From Lepidodermella squamata (taxonomy: Eukaryota > Animalia > Gastrotricha): DNA of 64,000 nt. The notes under the pieces were generated by a model, which searched no databases, was not told the origin of the DNA, and worked only from the letters and a program-made list of their open reading frames with translations. The stretch covers positions 248,001 through 312,000 of the forward strand of contig JBLDXI010000015.1 of the NCBI GenBank assembly GCA_047495785.1, given 5' to 3'. Shown piece by piece: positions 62,286-64,000 of the stretch; within the stretch, counting starts at the first letter, position 1; every line of letters begins with the position of its first letter. A program made the position numbers and the translations under genes.

Positions 62286-64000
62286 CCATAAATGCAAAGG
62301 GTCGGTAGACAGGCGTTTGAATTTACGGATGGTTGCTTTCATACTGGGCTGTTAAAGAGCTGGCGATGAATCATAAGTGCGTCGCTTAGTTTTTTCTTAG
62401 TTGCTAAGGCGATGATGATTTTACTGGTTAGCCATATTATAAGACAAGCCGGAACGAATTCTGTCAACTTTCATTGGTTTCAATGGGTTGTAGTATTTGT
62501 AAAAGCAAAAAACTTGAAAAATCGCGTGCGCACGATATTTTTGATTCGCAATCTCAATGAGCTTGAATAAAAAACAACGCTCTGGTAAAGATCGAGAGGT
62601 TGGGTGTTGGGTGAGATAACTGTGCAAGTTAAAAAAGCTAGATATCCGCCCACAGGGCTGAAATTTCGTTGCTTAAAGGTGTCCTCTAGGTGTCAGATGT
62701 TCCACTATAGCCTAAGTTTTGGGATAACGACGAATTACGTATTGGCTTAGCTATGTATCGGTCCTAGCTAAGCTACAAAGAGAGAAGAGAGGCAAAAAGA
62801 GCTCATGGCTATGAATTTCTCGCTGTCGCGGTTGGAACAGTATTTGAACTAGGGCAAATCAATGAACTTTCTGTGTTTTCTCAAATATTGTTAGGGAAAT
62901 GTGCTGCTTGAATGCAATTACGGAGTAACACTAAAAGCTGTTTCATGGTTCACTCAACCGCTAATTCGACTCATCAACATTTTGCACAGACTTTAGTGTA
63001 CAGAATACAGCTGGATACGCCACATCGATGTCTGCCGTCTGCCCTATAAGGAAGCTTTAATAAGCACTAGAATGAGGGGCAGAGCATCCTGCTAGGGGAG
63101 GAAGCTATGCCTGCGCTATCAGCTATAAGCCATACATTATGTATTAGGTGTTGTTGATCTCGCCATTATTATGTCTGGTGTCGTCTGTGGTCTGTGTTTC
63201 AAAAAGCAAACACTTGAAAGGTGCTTGCTAATTTAGCTCATACATGCCCTAATAAAATGATCCTGGAATATTTAGTATAGACTGACGTGTCAAACAGTGA
63301 TGATAGATCATCGATTTACTGTGGACATTGAATCATCAGCATGAAACAAGTTCGAGTTAGCTCTTTAATTGAACAAATTACGGCAAAAATCCCCAAGCCC
63401 TGATAATCCCCCAATCCCCCAACAAAAATGGGTCACTGCCGATATCACGCGAAACGACCTCAACGGAGTTGATTGCGTACCACAAGCAGCCTTACTTTCA
63501 GATTGAATTCAAAGAGGCGAAACTAATAAATACCGTTTCAGTTCAATCGAGTAGGAGCAGTGCGGCTTCAATCACGAAGTACCATCTGCTGTCAAGATTA
63601 GTAAATTCTACCAGCATATATGGCTAGGCTATGTCTGACGAACGGTTCGACCCTTAGGACATTCGAAGGCCCTACTGGGTCCGATTCCCAGCCGGTCGCA
63701 AGCTATTTGAACCCAGCTCTTGTTGCAGTGGCAGTTCGGCTGTATTTGTGTATGACGTCAATATTCAACCCACTGGTAGATTGTAACTATGTGGACGACA
63801 TCATGAGACGTACCAGGACGCAGCGGCTTCGAAGCTCCAGTTTTCCGGGTTTGCGTAAAAAATCACGTGATGTGTTTAGCAGAAGTGTGCATAATAATTA
63901 CTTTCGTTGGCGAATTTTTTATTTATTAAAAAATAAAATTGCCATTGATATAAAAATTAAAATTGAAAACAGTATAACTGATCTTTTCGCGACCCGTTTT

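Noticed and set aside
62300-64000. Possible gene or ncRNA in the last 1.7 kb (B-box-like gggtccgattccc near 63680)
   Set aside because: No supportable exon chain or RNA structure; left unannotated.

Overview
Intron-containing genomic DNA from an invertebrate animal; the taxon cannot be determined from this window. The ORF track fragments the genes, so I rebuilt exons by hand from GT-AG sites and reading phase. Left part (1-28 kb): last exon of an ENPP-type phosphodiesterase; an 8-exon gene that appears to fuse a NEK-like kinase to ankyrin repeats; a transposon island; a complete 5-exon Ebony-like single-module NRPS (A-T-amine-selecting domain, about 1008 aa); and, head-to-head with it, a membrane SDR whose catalytic Tyr and Ser are replaced. 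Right part (30-64 kb): an intronless GABA-B-like class C GPCR; four intact and two broken paralogues of a very divergent nuclear-receptor family with non-canonical zinc fingers; a large secreted PAN/discoidin/LamG/F-type-lectin mosaic protein in which one F-type lectin domain appears split by a very large insertion; a Ly6/three-finger gene; and a full-length PIF/Harbinger transposon whose transposase carries two in-frame TAGs. MITEs, LINE fragments and a probable Helitron account for much of the intron and intergenic length. No rRNA, true tRNA or CRISPR array was seen.
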